A stretch of 64,000 nt of DNA from an uncultured Clostridia bacterium (GTDB taxonomy: Bacteria > Bacillota > Clostridia > Christensenellales > CAG-917): contig CALWAF010000001.1 of the NCBI GenBank assembly GCA_944372795.1, positions 64,390 through 128,389 on the forward strand. Reading direction: 5' to 3'. Below are positions 19,476-28,510 of this stretch, one piece after another. Within the stretch, counting starts at the first letter, position 1. Each line of letters starts with the position of its first letter. The position numbers were made by a program, and so were the translations under genes. The notes beneath the pieces were generated by a model. That model was not told where the DNA came from. It saw only the letters and a list, made by a program, of their open reading frames with translations, and did not search any database.

Positions 19476-20353
19476 GAGAGCCTCTCCTTTAGCTCCCCCG
19501 CCGTCAGCACCTCTTTCGGCGTGCCCGCGCGCGGGCGCGGCGTTAGCACGACACACGTCTCCGCCACGGCGGCAAGCGGCGCGAAAGCGGACGCACGAAA
19601 CACCGCCTCCGCGCTTTCGCCGTGTATGGAGGCAAACACTTTGACACCGCTCCTTGCGATGTCCGCCACCGCTTTCGCCTCTTCCGCGCCGAATATCTCG
19701 TCGGTGACGATAACCTCCGGGCTCATCGCGCGTATGGTGTTGGCATATGCCGTGAGTTTGTCCACGCCGCTCACCACATCGCAGTCGCCGACGTCGAGAG
19801 AGGGCACTCCCCTTTCCGCGGCAGCCAGCTCGAAGCGCTCGTCGATGATGAGAGTGTTCCGCTCCCGCGAGGACAGCCGCGCAAGTTCCCGCAACAGTGT
19901 GGTCTTGCCTCCGTAGGGCGGCGAAATTACGAACGTGTTGCCCACTCCCCCGCCGAATACGGCGTACGACACCTCGCGGGGGACCTCTTTCACCTCATGG
20001 GGTATGCGCACGGTGAGGAAGGCTATGTGTTTCATCGTGAGCACGTGCCCGCCTTCCACGACACCCTCTCCCGCCACGCCTATGCGTATGCCACTCTTCG
20101 CCATATATCCTTTCACCAGCTGATCGTTGACGGCGTAGAGGGAAAAGTCGGACGCCACGGCAAGCACTCGTTCGATGTCGTCGCGGCGCACGACGAAGGG
20201 CGCTCCCGACGGCAATTTCGCCGCCCTGCGCTCCCCCGCCGTCAGCACCACAAGAGGTCTCCCGACCCGCATACGCAACTCGGTGACCTCTTCCTCCGCG
20301 GCAACGGCAGCCACCGCCGCCGCTACGACACCCGTGACCAGTCCCTGAAACAT
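19472..20353 (-). CDS. spoIIIAA: Stage III sporulation protein AA (ATPase)
   Basis: Walker A SPPYGGKTTLLRELAR, NTLIIDERFEL, RAMSPEVIVTDEIFG, ASIHG; start placed at ATG 20353 (ATG 20401 is an alternative). Confidence 0.88.
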   Translation of the reverse strand: MFQGLVTGVVAAAVAAVAAEEEVTELRMRVGRPLVVLTAGERRAAKLPSGAPFVVRRDDIERVLAVASDFSLYAVNDQLVKGYMAKSGIRIGVAGEGVVEGGHVLTMKHIAFLTVRIPHEVKEVPREVSYAVFGGGVGNTFVISPPYGGKTTLLRELARLSSRERNTLIIDERFELAAAERGVPSLDVGDCDVVSGVDKLTAYANTIRAMSPEVIVTDEIFGAEEAKAVADIARSGVKVFASIHGESAEAVFRASAFAPLAAVAETCVVLTPRPRAGTPKEVLTAGELKERLS

Positions 20354-20408
20354 ACTAAAAGATATGACCGCCGCTCCCCTGCAACACCCCCGCCGCATCA
20401 TTCGACAT

Positions 20409-20441
20409 AAAAAGAAAAAACGCCCCGCACACCGTGCGAGG
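20409..20441 (-). terminator. Intrinsic terminator immediately upstream of spoIIIAA
   Basis: Reverse strand CCTCGCACGGTGTGCGGGGCGTTTTTTCTTTTT. Confidence 0.7.
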
Positions 20442-20622
20442 GTGTTATCTAAATGCGCACGTCGTTCACGAGGTATCGAACAACACCCGCTCGGGAGGGT
20501 GCGGCGGGCTCGGGCTAATTTAACGGGTGTATGTCCCTTGACATGGAAGCATTGCTCCCCCTCCAACCCGGGGACCCCACAAAATTGCCTGCGGCGATTT
20601 TGCGGGGAGCCCCATTCGGGAA

Positions 20623-20650
20623 TTCCTCCCCCACTCGGGAAGAGTGCAGT
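20623..20650. repeat. 28-bp direct repeat, copy 1
   Basis: ttcctcccccactcgggaagagtgcagt; identical copy at 20764..20791. Confidence 0.9.
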
Positions 20651-20763
20651 TCCCTAACATTGGAGTATTGTTTACCCCCTTCCCGCGGGTTTCGTCGTAC
20701 TCAAACGTGAAATAGAGTACACGTCTCGCGGGGAAAGTTGTTCCCCCTCCTTCCCTTCGGGCT

Positions 20764-20791
20764 TTCCTCCCCCACTCGGGAAGAGTGCAGT
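20764..20791. repeat. 28-bp direct repeat, copy 2
   Basis: ttcctcccccactcgggaagagtgcagt; similarity extends weakly on both sides. Confidence 0.9.
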
Positions 20792-21088
20792 CCTCCTAAA
20801 ATGCGGGATACACTTTTCGTCCTTCTTGATATAGTTTAAGTTTCGCATAGAGATGATCGAGCGGCGAACAGTACTCACTGAACATCGCTCGCGGGGAGAG
20901 GAAGGCGACTCGACGCGCACGGCGCCCGTGTCTATTTAATGTTTCGTCTAGCTTGCGAGGTCGCATTTCGCGCCGCGGCGTTCAAGCGGCGGCTGCGCCG
21001 CCTGTGAACGCTTGGGTGAGCGGCGCGTTGTTCCGTCCCCGAAAGAGAGACGTCGTGCTCGGGGACGCCTTATCAAACGTTTATTGCG

Positions 21089-21212
21089 CTGACGCTCTCA
21101 TTTGGATGCAGAACGCGAAAGCACCCCTTTTCAGGCGAGGCGCGTACTAAACCGTACGTAACGAGCCTGAAAAGGGGTGCTGACAAAGTTGTGCGCCAAA
21201 TGAGAGCGTCAG
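21089..21212. repeat. Two-tier nested inverted repeat at the 3' end of hydA
   Basis: Outer arms ctgacgctctcatttgg 21089..21105 / 21196..21212; inner arms agcaccccttttcaggc 21120..21136 / 21165..21181; all 17-bp arms perfect, equal 14-nt spacers. Confidence 0.85.
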
Positions 21213-22948
21213 TAGTTGTTGCGGGGGGTGTAGCGCGTATGCAACAACTCATGCGCAAGGTGAGAATTGGGCTTGCCCAAGAACTCATCGTAGAGCTGCT
21301 TGACGACGGGATTCTCGTGGGATTTGCGCAGCTTCATCTTCTTGTCGGTGTCGTAGATCGCCTTGGCGCGGAGCGCGGGGACGTCGACGGTGTTGCGGAC
21401 GAAAGCGCTCTTGATGGGCTGACCGCCGCCGTTGACGCAGCCGCCCGGGCAGGACATGATCTCGATGAAGTGATAGTCGGCTTTGCCTGCGCGCACGAGC
21501 TCCATGAGCTTGCGGGCGTTGGCGAGGCCGCTTGCGACGGCGACTTTGACGGTGGTGCCGTCGATGTCGTAAGTGGCTTTCTTGATGCCCTTGGTGCCTC
21601 TCACCTGCTTGAAATCGACGGAAGGCGCCTCTTTGCCTGCGACGATCTCGTAGACCGTGCGCAGCGCGGCTTCCATGACGCCGCCCGTGGCGCCGAAGAT
21701 GAGACCCGCTCCCGTATAGATGCCGAGGGGTTCATCGAATTTCTCGTCGGGGAGCTCGGTGAACATGATGCCGCAGCGCTTGATGAGCTTGGCGAGCTCG
21801 CGGGTGGTGATGGCAATGTCGATGTCGGGCACGCCTGCGGCGTTCTCGTTGGGTCTGCCCTTCTCGAACTTCTTCGCCGTGCAGGGCATGACGGAGACGA
21901 CGACGATGTCCTCCGCATCCCAACCCATCTTTTCGGCGTAATAGGTCTTGACGATGGCGCCGAACATCTGCTGGGGGGACTTGCAGGTGGAAAGATTGCC
22001 CAAAAGATCGGGGAAGTTGTGCTCGCAGAACTTGATCCACGCGGGAGAACAGCTGGTGATCATGGGCAGTCTGCCGCCGTTACGCAGCCTGTCGAGGAAC
22101 TCTGTGCCCTCCTCCATGATGGTGAGGTCCGCACTGAAGTTGACGTCAAAGACGTTGGCAAAGCCCATCCTGCGCAGCGCGGCGACCATCTTGCCCTCGA
22201 CGTTGGTGCCGATGGGATAGCCGAACTCTTCGCCGAGCCCCACTCTGACGGAGGGTGCGACGCCCACGACAACGTGTTTGGTGGGGTCTGCAAGCGCGGC
22301 GAGGACGTCGTCGATCTCCTCACGCTCGGTGAGGGCTCCGACGGGACAGACGGAGATGCACTGTCCGCAACCCACGCAAGGCACTTCGGAAAGAGGCTTC
22401 TCGAAAGCGCAGCCGATGTGCGTATCAAAACCTCTCGCATTCGCGCCGATGACGGCGACGGACTGATATTTGGCGCACGCCGCGACGCATCTGCGGCAGA
22501 GCACGCACTTGTTGTTGTCGCGCACGATGTAGGGCGTGGACGAGTCGATGACGTACTTGTTGGTGACACCCTTATACTTGTGTCCGTCGCAGCCGAGCTC
22601 GAGGGAGAGCTTCTGCAGCTCGCAGTTGTTGTTGCGCGAGCAGCTCAAGCAATCCTGATTGTGGTCGGAAAGGATGAGCTCGACAGTGGTCTTTCTGCTC
22701 TCCATGACCTTGGGGGTGTTGGTGAACACCTCCATACCCTCGCTGACGGGATAGACGCAGGACGCGACGAGGCTCCTTGCACCCTTGACTTCGCACACGC
22801 ACACGCGGCAGGCGCCGATGGCGTTGATGTCCTTGAGATAGCAAAGCGTGGGGATGCGGATGCCCGCCTCTCTTGCCGCCTCGAGGATGGTGGTGCCCGC
22901 CTCGACGCTGACGGGGATATTGTTTATTTTCAGATTAACTTTTGCCAT
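21209..22948 (-). CDS. hydA: [FeFe]-hydrogenase catalytic subunit (HydA/HndD type)
   Basis: 579 aa; N-terminal 2Fe-2S and 4Fe-4S motifs; H-cluster motifs TSCSPAW, MPCTAKKFE, EIMSCPGGCVNGGGQP. Confidence 0.93.
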   Translation of the reverse strand: MAKVNLKINNIPVSVEAGTTILEAAREAGIRIPTLCYLKDINAIGACRVCVCEVKGARSLVASCVYPVSEGMEVFTNTPKVMESRKTTVELILSDHNQDCLSCSRNNNCELQKLSLELGCDGHKYKGVTNKYVIDSSTPYIVRDNNKCVLCRRCVAACAKYQSVAVIGANARGFDTHIGCAFEKPLSEVPCVGCGQCISVCPVGALTEREEIDDVLAALADPTKHVVVGVAPSVRVGLGEEFGYPIGTNVEGKMVAALRRMGFANVFDVNFSADLTIMEEGTEFLDRLRNGGRLPMITSCSPAWIKFCEHNFPDLLGNLSTCKSPQQMFGAIVKTYYAEKMGWDAEDIVVVSVMPCTAKKFEKGRPNENAAGVPDIDIAITTRELAKLIKRCGIMFTELPDEKFDEPLGIYTGAGLIFGATGGVMEAALRTVYEIVAGKEAPSVDFKQVRGTKGIKKATYDIDGTTVKVAVASGLANARKLMELVRAGKADYHFIEIMSCPGGCVNGGGQPIKSAFVRNTVDVPALRAKAIYDTDKKMKLRKSHENPVVKQLYDEFLGKPNSHLAHELLHTRYTPRNNY

Positions 22949-22960
22949 ATCCTCTCTCCT

Positions 22961-24745
22961 TTACTCCTTGACGATGGCGCCGAAGCGGCAGGTCTCCATG
23001 CACACTCCGCACTTGATGCACTTGGACGGATCGATGACGAACTTGGACTTGATCTCGCCCGAGATCGCACCGACGGGACACTTCCTCGCACACGCCGAGC
23101 AGCCCTTGCAGTCATCGGTGATGGTGTAGCGGGCGAGCCCTTTGCAGACGTGGCAGGGGCACTTCTTGTCCACTACGTGCGCGATGTACTCGTCACGGAA
23201 GTAGCGCAGGGTGGAAAGCACGGGATTGGGCGCGGTCTGTCCCAGTCCGCACAGGGAGTTGGCTTTGATGTAGTAGCACAGCTGCTCCATATCGTCGAGG
23301 TCCTGCAATGTCGCCTGACCCGTCGTGATCTTATCCAGATATTCCAGCAGTCTGCGGTTGCCGATGCGGCAGGGCGTGCATTTGCCGCAGCTCTCGTCCA
23401 CGGTGAATTCGAGGAAGAACTTGGCGATGTCCACCATGCAGTTGTCCTCGTCCATGACGATCATGCCGCCCGAGCCCATCATGGAACCTATGGAAATGAG
23501 GTTGTCGTAGTCGATGGGGATGTCGAAGTGCTCCGCGGGGATGCATCCGCCGGAAGGACCGCCCGTCTGCGCCGCCTTGAAGTGCTTGCCGTTGGGGATG
23601 CCGCCGCCGATGTCCTCGATGACCTCGCGCAGAGTGGTGCCCATGGGGATCTCCACAAGACCCGTGTTGGTGATCTTGCCGCCGAGGGCGAACACCTTGG
23701 TGCCCTTGGACTTCTCGGTGCCCATGGAAGAGAACCATTCCGCACCCTTCAGGATGATCTGGCACACGTTGGCGTAGGTCTCGACGTTGTTGAGGATGGT
23801 GGGCTTGCCAAAGAGTCCCTTCACCGCAGGGAAGGGAGGACGGGGACGGGGCTCGCCGCGGTTGCCCTCGATGGAGGTCATGAGCGCGGTCTCCTCGCCG
23901 CACACGAACGCGCCCGCGCCGAGACGGATGTCAAGGTCGAAGTCGAAGCCCGTGTCGAGGATGTTCTTGCCGAGCAGCCCGTATTCCTTCGCCTGTTTGA
24001 GTGCTATGCGCAGCCTCTGCACCGCGATGGGATACTCTGCCCTGACGTAGATGTAGCCCTGATGCGCGCCGATCGCATATCCCGCGATCGCCATGGCTTC
24101 CAGCACCGCGTGTGGGTCGCCTTCGAGGATGGAACGATCCATGAACGCGCCGGGGTCGCCCTCGTCGGCGTTGCAGCACACATACTTGACGGGGCCGGGG
24201 CTCGCCGCCGCGAACTGCCATTTGAGTCCGGTGGGGAAACCGCCGCCGCCTCTGCCGCGCAGCCCGGACGCCTTGATGATGTCGATGACTTCCTGCGGCT
24301 TGAGCTCGGTGAGGCACTTGATGAGCGCCTGATAGCCGTCGTACGCTATGTATTCGTCGATCTCTTCGGGGTTGATGACACCGCAGTTGCGCAGGGCGAC
24401 GCGGGTCTGTTTCTTATAGAAATTGGTGTCGGAGAGCGCCTTGACGGTGTGGGCGTCCGTCTTCTCTTTGTAGAGCAGACGCTGGACAAGCCTGCCTTTC
24501 ACGAGGTGCTCGTCAACGATCTCGGCAACGTCTTCCACCTTCATGCCGCTGTAAAACGCGCCTTCGGGATAGACGATGACGATGGGACCCACCGCGCACA
24601 GACCGAAACAGCCCGTGCCGACGACGGAAACGTCGTTCTCGAGCCCGCGTTCCTTGACGAGGGTCTCGAACTCCTTCTTGATGGCGGCGCTGTTGTTGGA
24701 ATGGCATCCCGTGCCGCCGCAGACCAAAACGTGACTTCTGACCAT
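22961..24745 (-). CDS. hydB: NuoF-like NADH-binding subunit of trimeric hydrogenase (HydB/HndC)
   Basis: 594 aa; VCGGTGCHSN, GRGGGGFPTGLKW, CNADEGDPGAFMDR, ESCGKCTPCRIG, C-terminal ferredoxin domain. Confidence 0.93.
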   Translation of the reverse strand: MVRSHVLVCGGTGCHSNNSAAIKKEFETLVKERGLENDVSVVGTGCFGLCAVGPIVIVYPEGAFYSGMKVEDVAEIVDEHLVKGRLVQRLLYKEKTDAHTVKALSDTNFYKKQTRVALRNCGVINPEEIDEYIAYDGYQALIKCLTELKPQEVIDIIKASGLRGRGGGGFPTGLKWQFAAASPGPVKYVCCNADEGDPGAFMDRSILEGDPHAVLEAMAIAGYAIGAHQGYIYVRAEYPIAVQRLRIALKQAKEYGLLGKNILDTGFDFDLDIRLGAGAFVCGEETALMTSIEGNRGEPRPRPPFPAVKGLFGKPTILNNVETYANVCQIILKGAEWFSSMGTEKSKGTKVFALGGKITNTGLVEIPMGTTLREVIEDIGGGIPNGKHFKAAQTGGPSGGCIPAEHFDIPIDYDNLISIGSMMGSGGMIVMDEDNCMVDIAKFFLEFTVDESCGKCTPCRIGNRRLLEYLDKITTGQATLQDLDDMEQLCYYIKANSLCGLGQTAPNPVLSTLRYFRDEYIAHVVDKKCPCHVCKGLARYTITDDCKGCSACARKCPVGAISGEIKSKFVIDPSKCIKCGVCMETCRFGAIVKE

Positions 24746-24754
24746 ATTATCTCC

Positions 24755-25129
24755 TTACTTGTTGTCTCCGATCAGATATTCCGTGCAGACGTTGCCGTTG
24801 ACGATGTGATTGGCAACGATCTTACGCGCCTTGTCGGGGTCGACGTGGATGTAGGTAACGGGCTCTTCGCCGGGGACGTGCACTTCCACGATGGGTTCCA
24901 GCGCGCACATGCCCATGCACCCGGTGCGCGTGACCTTGACGTTCTTGAGCTGCCTCGCCGCGACCTCGTCCACAAAGGTGTTGAAGACGGGTCTCGCGCC
25001 CGCGGAAATGCCGCAGGTCGCCATACCGACGACGATACGGGTCTCGCTTGCTGCGTCCTGATTGTCGCGCAGGTTGATCTGACCCTGCATCTTCTCACGG
25101 ATAGCCTTGATGTCGGCTATACTTTTCAT
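24755..25129 (-). CDS. Thioredoxin-like [2Fe-2S] ferredoxin (HndB-like)
   Basis: VGMATCGISAGARPV...VTRTGCMGMCALEPIVEVHVPG. Confidence 0.88.
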   Translation of the reverse strand: MKSIADIKAIREKMQGQINLRDNQDAASETRIVVGMATCGISAGARPVFNTFVDEVAARQLKNVKVTRTGCMGMCALEPIVEVHVPGEEPVTYIHVDPDKARKIVANHIVNGNVCTEYLIGDNK

Positions 25130-25671
25130 AGTGTCTCTCCTCCGATGTCGATCATGTTTTCTTTTATCATATCTCTGACGAACACGAGCACTTCAGGCTC
25201 CGAGACGGGCACTCCGCCCAGCTCCGCCTTCAGCTCGCGCGTGTCAAATACGAATCCTTTCCCCTCCACACTCACCTCGAAGCGGAACTCCGAGGGGCAC
25301 TCTCCGCCTATGAGCGTGACCACGGTGTCGGCAAGGTCTCCTAGGGGGGCGCGGTCTATGTGGGAGAGCACGAATGTCGCCCTCACCGTCGTCCCGACGC
25401 CCTTTGCGGACGTCACCGAGAAACTGCCGCCCGCCATCTCCGCCGCCATCTTGAAGAGGGGGATGCCCATGCCCACCTTGCGCGTCGTCCGCGTCGTGGT
25501 GAAGGGGTCGGTCACTCTCTTCAAAAATTCCGCATCCATCCCGCAGCCGTCATCGGCTATCTCGATGGTGAGAAGGTCGTCCGCAGCCGCCACCGACACG
25601 CGCACGAGGGATGCGCCCGCCTTGACGGAATTCTCGCATATGTCGAGTATGTTGAGAGCAAGCTCCCTCAC
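25126..25671 (-). CDS. HATPase_c ATP-binding protein
   Basis: LNILDICENSVKAGASLV, DDGCGMD, KVGMGIPLFKMAAEMAGGSFSVTSAKGVGTTV. Confidence 0.85.
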   Translation of the reverse strand: MRELALNILDICENSVKAGASLVRVSVAAADDLLTIEIADDGCGMDAEFLKRVTDPFTTTRTTRKVGMGIPLFKMAAEMAGGSFSVTSAKGVGTTVRATFVLSHIDRAPLGDLADTVVTLIGGECPSEFRFEVSVEGKGFVFDTRELKAELGGVPVSEPEVLVFVRDMIKENMIDIGGETL

Positions 25672-26369
25672 GCGTCACTTCCTCCCCTGCGCAGTCTGTC
25701 TATGAGGGCGTCTACGCTGCCCTCCGGAAGGTCTATCTCTCCCCTGTCGGACATATGCTCGAGGGTGTGCGCATCGCTGTCCACGATGACGAGCCTCTCC
25801 CCCGACCACTTCTTCAACTCCTCCTCGGAAACCCTCGATGAGAGCTCCACCGTGGGATATTCCGCGGGCACTGCGCCCAGCACGTTGAGCATACTGTTCG
25901 CGTCGCGGTCGATGTGAGCGGGCACCGCCACTCCCCCGAGGGAGAACGCCAGCTCTCTCACGTCGTCGCAGGAGATCGCGGCAGAGTCAAGGAGCATCCT
26001 CTCCTCCCGCCCGATGACGTTGTCGTCCTCGTCGAAATAGAGCTGCTCACCGAATATATCCGCCCTGTTCTTCCTCTCCGACACGGGGATGCGCGAGAAG
26101 AAATCCTCGAGTTCCCCGTAAGTGCGGAACATGCACAGCAGGTGTATGTCCTCGCTCGTCTGCACCTCGACGGCGGGCACCACTCTCACGCCGAACTCCT
26201 CTCCCGCACGGAGTGCGAGGGGGACGTGTCCTATGGCGTTGTGGTCCGCGATCGCCACGAAATCCAACCCCGACAAAGCCGCCTGACCAACGATCGTGAC
26301 CGGCGTCATCTCCTCTTCCGCACAGGGAGAGAGGGCGGAATGTATGTGCAGATCATAGCGATACTTCAT
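25668..26369 (-). CDS. PHP-domain metal-dependent phosphoesterase family protein
   Basis: DLHIHSALSPCAEEEMTP, IADHNAIG, HIDRDANSM, VDSDAHTLEHM. Confidence 0.88.
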   Translation of the reverse strand: MKYRYDLHIHSALSPCAEEEMTPVTIVGQAALSGLDFVAIADHNAIGHVPLALRAGEEFGVRVVPAVEVQTSEDIHLLCMFRTYGELEDFFSRIPVSERKNRADIFGEQLYFDEDDNVIGREERMLLDSAAISCDDVRELAFSLGGVAVPAHIDRDANSMLNVLGAVPAEYPTVELSSRVSEEELKKWSGERLVIVDSDAHTLEHMSDRGEIDLPEGSVDALIDRLRRGGSDA

Positions 26370-26446
26370 AGCGTTCCCGCACGAAAAAGATTTTTATGCA
26401 TCTTTTTCTGCGGCTTTAACCTCCGTTTCGCGCCGCAACGAACGCG

Positions 26447-26776
26447 TCAGCCCAGATGACCCGCCACCTTCACCGCCGCCTCGAAGACGGGAAGAGAGGT
26501 GATGAGAAGGTTCACGTCGTTCTGCCCCGCACGCTCCGTGAGAGCTGCATCCGGCTCGGTGGACTCGCACAGCACCACCGCCGCGCAGTCGGTGAGGGTC
26601 GCCACCGCGCACACGTTGACGTTGCTCATCACGGTGAACCACGCGCTGTCCGCGGGAGCCTTGCCCATGACGTTGCTCAAGAAGTCGCCGCAATAGCCCG
26701 CGGTCACTTCCCTTTCGCCGTCGGCAAGCACGGCGATCTTCGCATCCAGAATGTCGGCAAGCTGCGAGACCGTCAT
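26447..26776 (-). CDS. DRTGG-domain-like protein (1)
   Basis: MTVSQLADILDAKIAVLADGEREVTAGYCGDFLSNVMGKAPADSAWFTVMSNVNVCAVATLTDCAAVVLCE. Confidence 0.7.
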   Translation of the reverse strand: MTVSQLADILDAKIAVLADGEREVTAGYCGDFLSNVMGKAPADSAWFTVMSNVNVCAVATLTDCAAVVLCESTEPDAALTERAGQNDVNLLITSLPVFEAAVKVAGHLG

Positions 26777-28062
26777 TTGTTCCCACCCTTTTCCGCCTGC
26801 TGTCGCACGCACACGCTGTCGCGGGGGATGACACCTCCCACGAGGTCCTCCGCGAACGCCGTGCAGCTGGGAGCGCCGCAAAGTCCGCAGTCCACCATGG
26901 GCAGAGTTTTGAGTATTTCCTCTTTCTCCATGAGTTTGCTCAACGCGGCGAGGCGGTTCTCGTCCAATTTGAACACGTCTTTGAGCCCGGGATTCTGTTC
27001 CCACATGAACCAGTCGAGGGGTTTGCCGAGGGACTCAACGGTGTTGATCTCTTTTTTCAGTTTGCGGGTGAGATAATGCACCCTAGAGCGCGCGACGAAG
27101 GGGTTTTCCACATTCATAACGCCGCCGACGCAGCCGCTCACGCAGGCATTGAGCTCGATGAACTCCATGTCGCCGAGCCCGCCGTCCTCGAGAGCTTCGA
27201 GGATCTTGACACACTGCTCCACTCCGTCCGCGGCTATGGTCTTGATGCCGCCCGTCGCGTTGGCTTCGCCGCGGCTTATGCCCCAGCTGAGCCCGCCCGC
27301 GCTCATGCGGCAGAGAGGCTTCACTTCCTCCAGCTTCTCCATGGCGGGGACGATGCGCATATAGGCGTCGGACACCGAGAGCACGCGATCGACGTAAGGA
27401 CGGTCTACGCCCAGCCCCATTTTCAGTGCGAACACCTTGGCGGGACAGGGAGAGATGAAGTAGACGCCGATGTCTTCCTCGGGCACTCCCTTTGCGACGG
27501 CGCGTTCCCTTGCGAGTTTTGCCGCCACGTCGACGGGAGCAAGGGTCGCGAGCAGATGGTCGCGAAGGTCGTGGTATTTCATCAGGATAAGTTCCAAAAT
27601 CGCGGGACACGCAGTGGAGATGATGGGCGCGGGCATGGACTTTTCCTGCATGATCCTGCGCGTGACGTCGGTGATGTACTCCGCCGCCTCCCCCACTTCG
27701 CCGACGTCGTCGAAGCCTATCGCGAGCAGCCCGTTGAGGACGGTGTCGATGTTCTCGAGGTTGTTGAACTGCCCGTAGAAAGACGGCGCGACGAGCGCGA
27801 TCTTATATTTGAAGTCGTCAAGATTGTCCCAAGAATCGTGGGAGGGCTTTTTCGCGTGATAGCGGCAGAGGCGTATGCACTCCCCGCAGCCGATGCATCT
27901 CTCGTAGGCGACGCTGGCTTTACCGCCGCGGACGCGGATGGCTTCCGTGGGACAGCGTTTCATGCACGTCACGCAGCCCCGGCACTTGTCGGGGTCGAGG
28001 GTGACGGTGTGCAGAGCCTTCTCGTCGAGGACGCACTTTATCTGCGATTTTTTTGCTGCCAT
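26773..28062 (-). CDS. Divergent [FeFe]-hydrogenase-like iron-sulfur protein (putative sensory/regulatory)
   Basis: 429 aa; CRGCVTCMKRCP and CIGCGECIRLC; degenerate H-cluster motifs TACPAI, SPCPAK, NACVSGCVGG; C-terminal CGLCGAPSCTAFAEDL. Confidence 0.82.
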   Translation of the reverse strand: MAAKKSQIKCVLDEKALHTVTLDPDKCRGCVTCMKRCPTEAIRVRGGKASVAYERCIGCGECIRLCRYHAKKPSHDSWDNLDDFKYKIALVAPSFYGQFNNLENIDTVLNGLLAIGFDDVGEVGEAAEYITDVTRRIMQEKSMPAPIISTACPAILELILMKYHDLRDHLLATLAPVDVAAKLARERAVAKGVPEEDIGVYFISPCPAKVFALKMGLGVDRPYVDRVLSVSDAYMRIVPAMEKLEEVKPLCRMSAGGLSWGISRGEANATGGIKTIAADGVEQCVKILEALEDGGLGDMEFIELNACVSGCVGGVMNVENPFVARSRVHYLTRKLKKEINTVESLGKPLDWFMWEQNPGLKDVFKLDENRLAALSKLMEKEEILKTLPMVDCGLCGAPSCTAFAEDLVGGVIPRDSVCVRQQAEKGGNK

Positions 28063-28081
28063 CCGAAGTTTCTCTCCCTTC

Positions 28082-28510
28082 TCAACCGAAGAATATCGTC
28101 ATGCGGACGGTGGTGCCCACGCCGACTTCGCTCTCGATGGAGAACTCGTCGGTGTACTTTTTCATGTTGGGCAGCCCCATCCCCGCTCCGAACCCGAGTG
28201 CGCGGATGTTCTCGGGAGCGGTGGACCACCCGGGCGTCATGGCGAGCTCCACGTCGGGGATGCCCTTGCCCTTGTCCGCAAGCACGATCTCTATACGGTC
28301 GAGATATATATCCGCGGTGGCGACTCCGCCGCCCGCGTGTATGACCATGTTGATCTCGCCCTCGTACATGGCGATGGCGACGCGTCTGATGTCCGCAGAG
28401 GGTATGCCCAGCTTTTTCAGCGTGCTCTTCACCTCTTCGGACGCCGTGCCCGCCGAGGCGAAATTGTCGCCGCTTACGGCAAACTCGAGGCGGATGCGGT
28501 CTTCACTCAT
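28082..28510 (-). CDS. Anti-sigma-factor-like HATPase protein
   Basis: 142 aa; MYEGEINMVIHAGGG, DKGKGIPDVELAMTPGW, LGFGAGMGLPNMKKYTDEF. Confidence 0.85.
   Translation of the reverse strand: MSEDRIRLEFAVSGDNFASAGTASEEVKSTLKKLGIPSADIRRVAIAMYEGEINMVIHAGGGVATADIYLDRIEIVLADKGKGIPDVELAMTPGWSTAPENIRALGFGAGMGLPNMKKYTDEFSIESEVGVGTTVRMTIFFG

Noticed and set aside
16207-20353. Type III-secretion-like operon as a separate novel system
   Set aside because: Gene order and motifs match the known spoIIIAA-AH sporulation operon.
20623-20791. CRISPR array
   Set aside because: Only two repeat copies with a 113-nt gap and no cas genes; does not fit CRISPR spacing.
20672-20920. 82 aa ORF in the structured intergenic region
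   Set aside because: Runs through the 28-bp repeat and hairpins; no SD at the annotated start; better explained as non-coding.
21191-25705. 1504 aa plus-strand ORF
   Set aside because: Exactly antisense to the hydA/hydB/HATPase genes; no recognisable domain, His/Asp/Gly-rich composition typical of the complement of high-GC genes.
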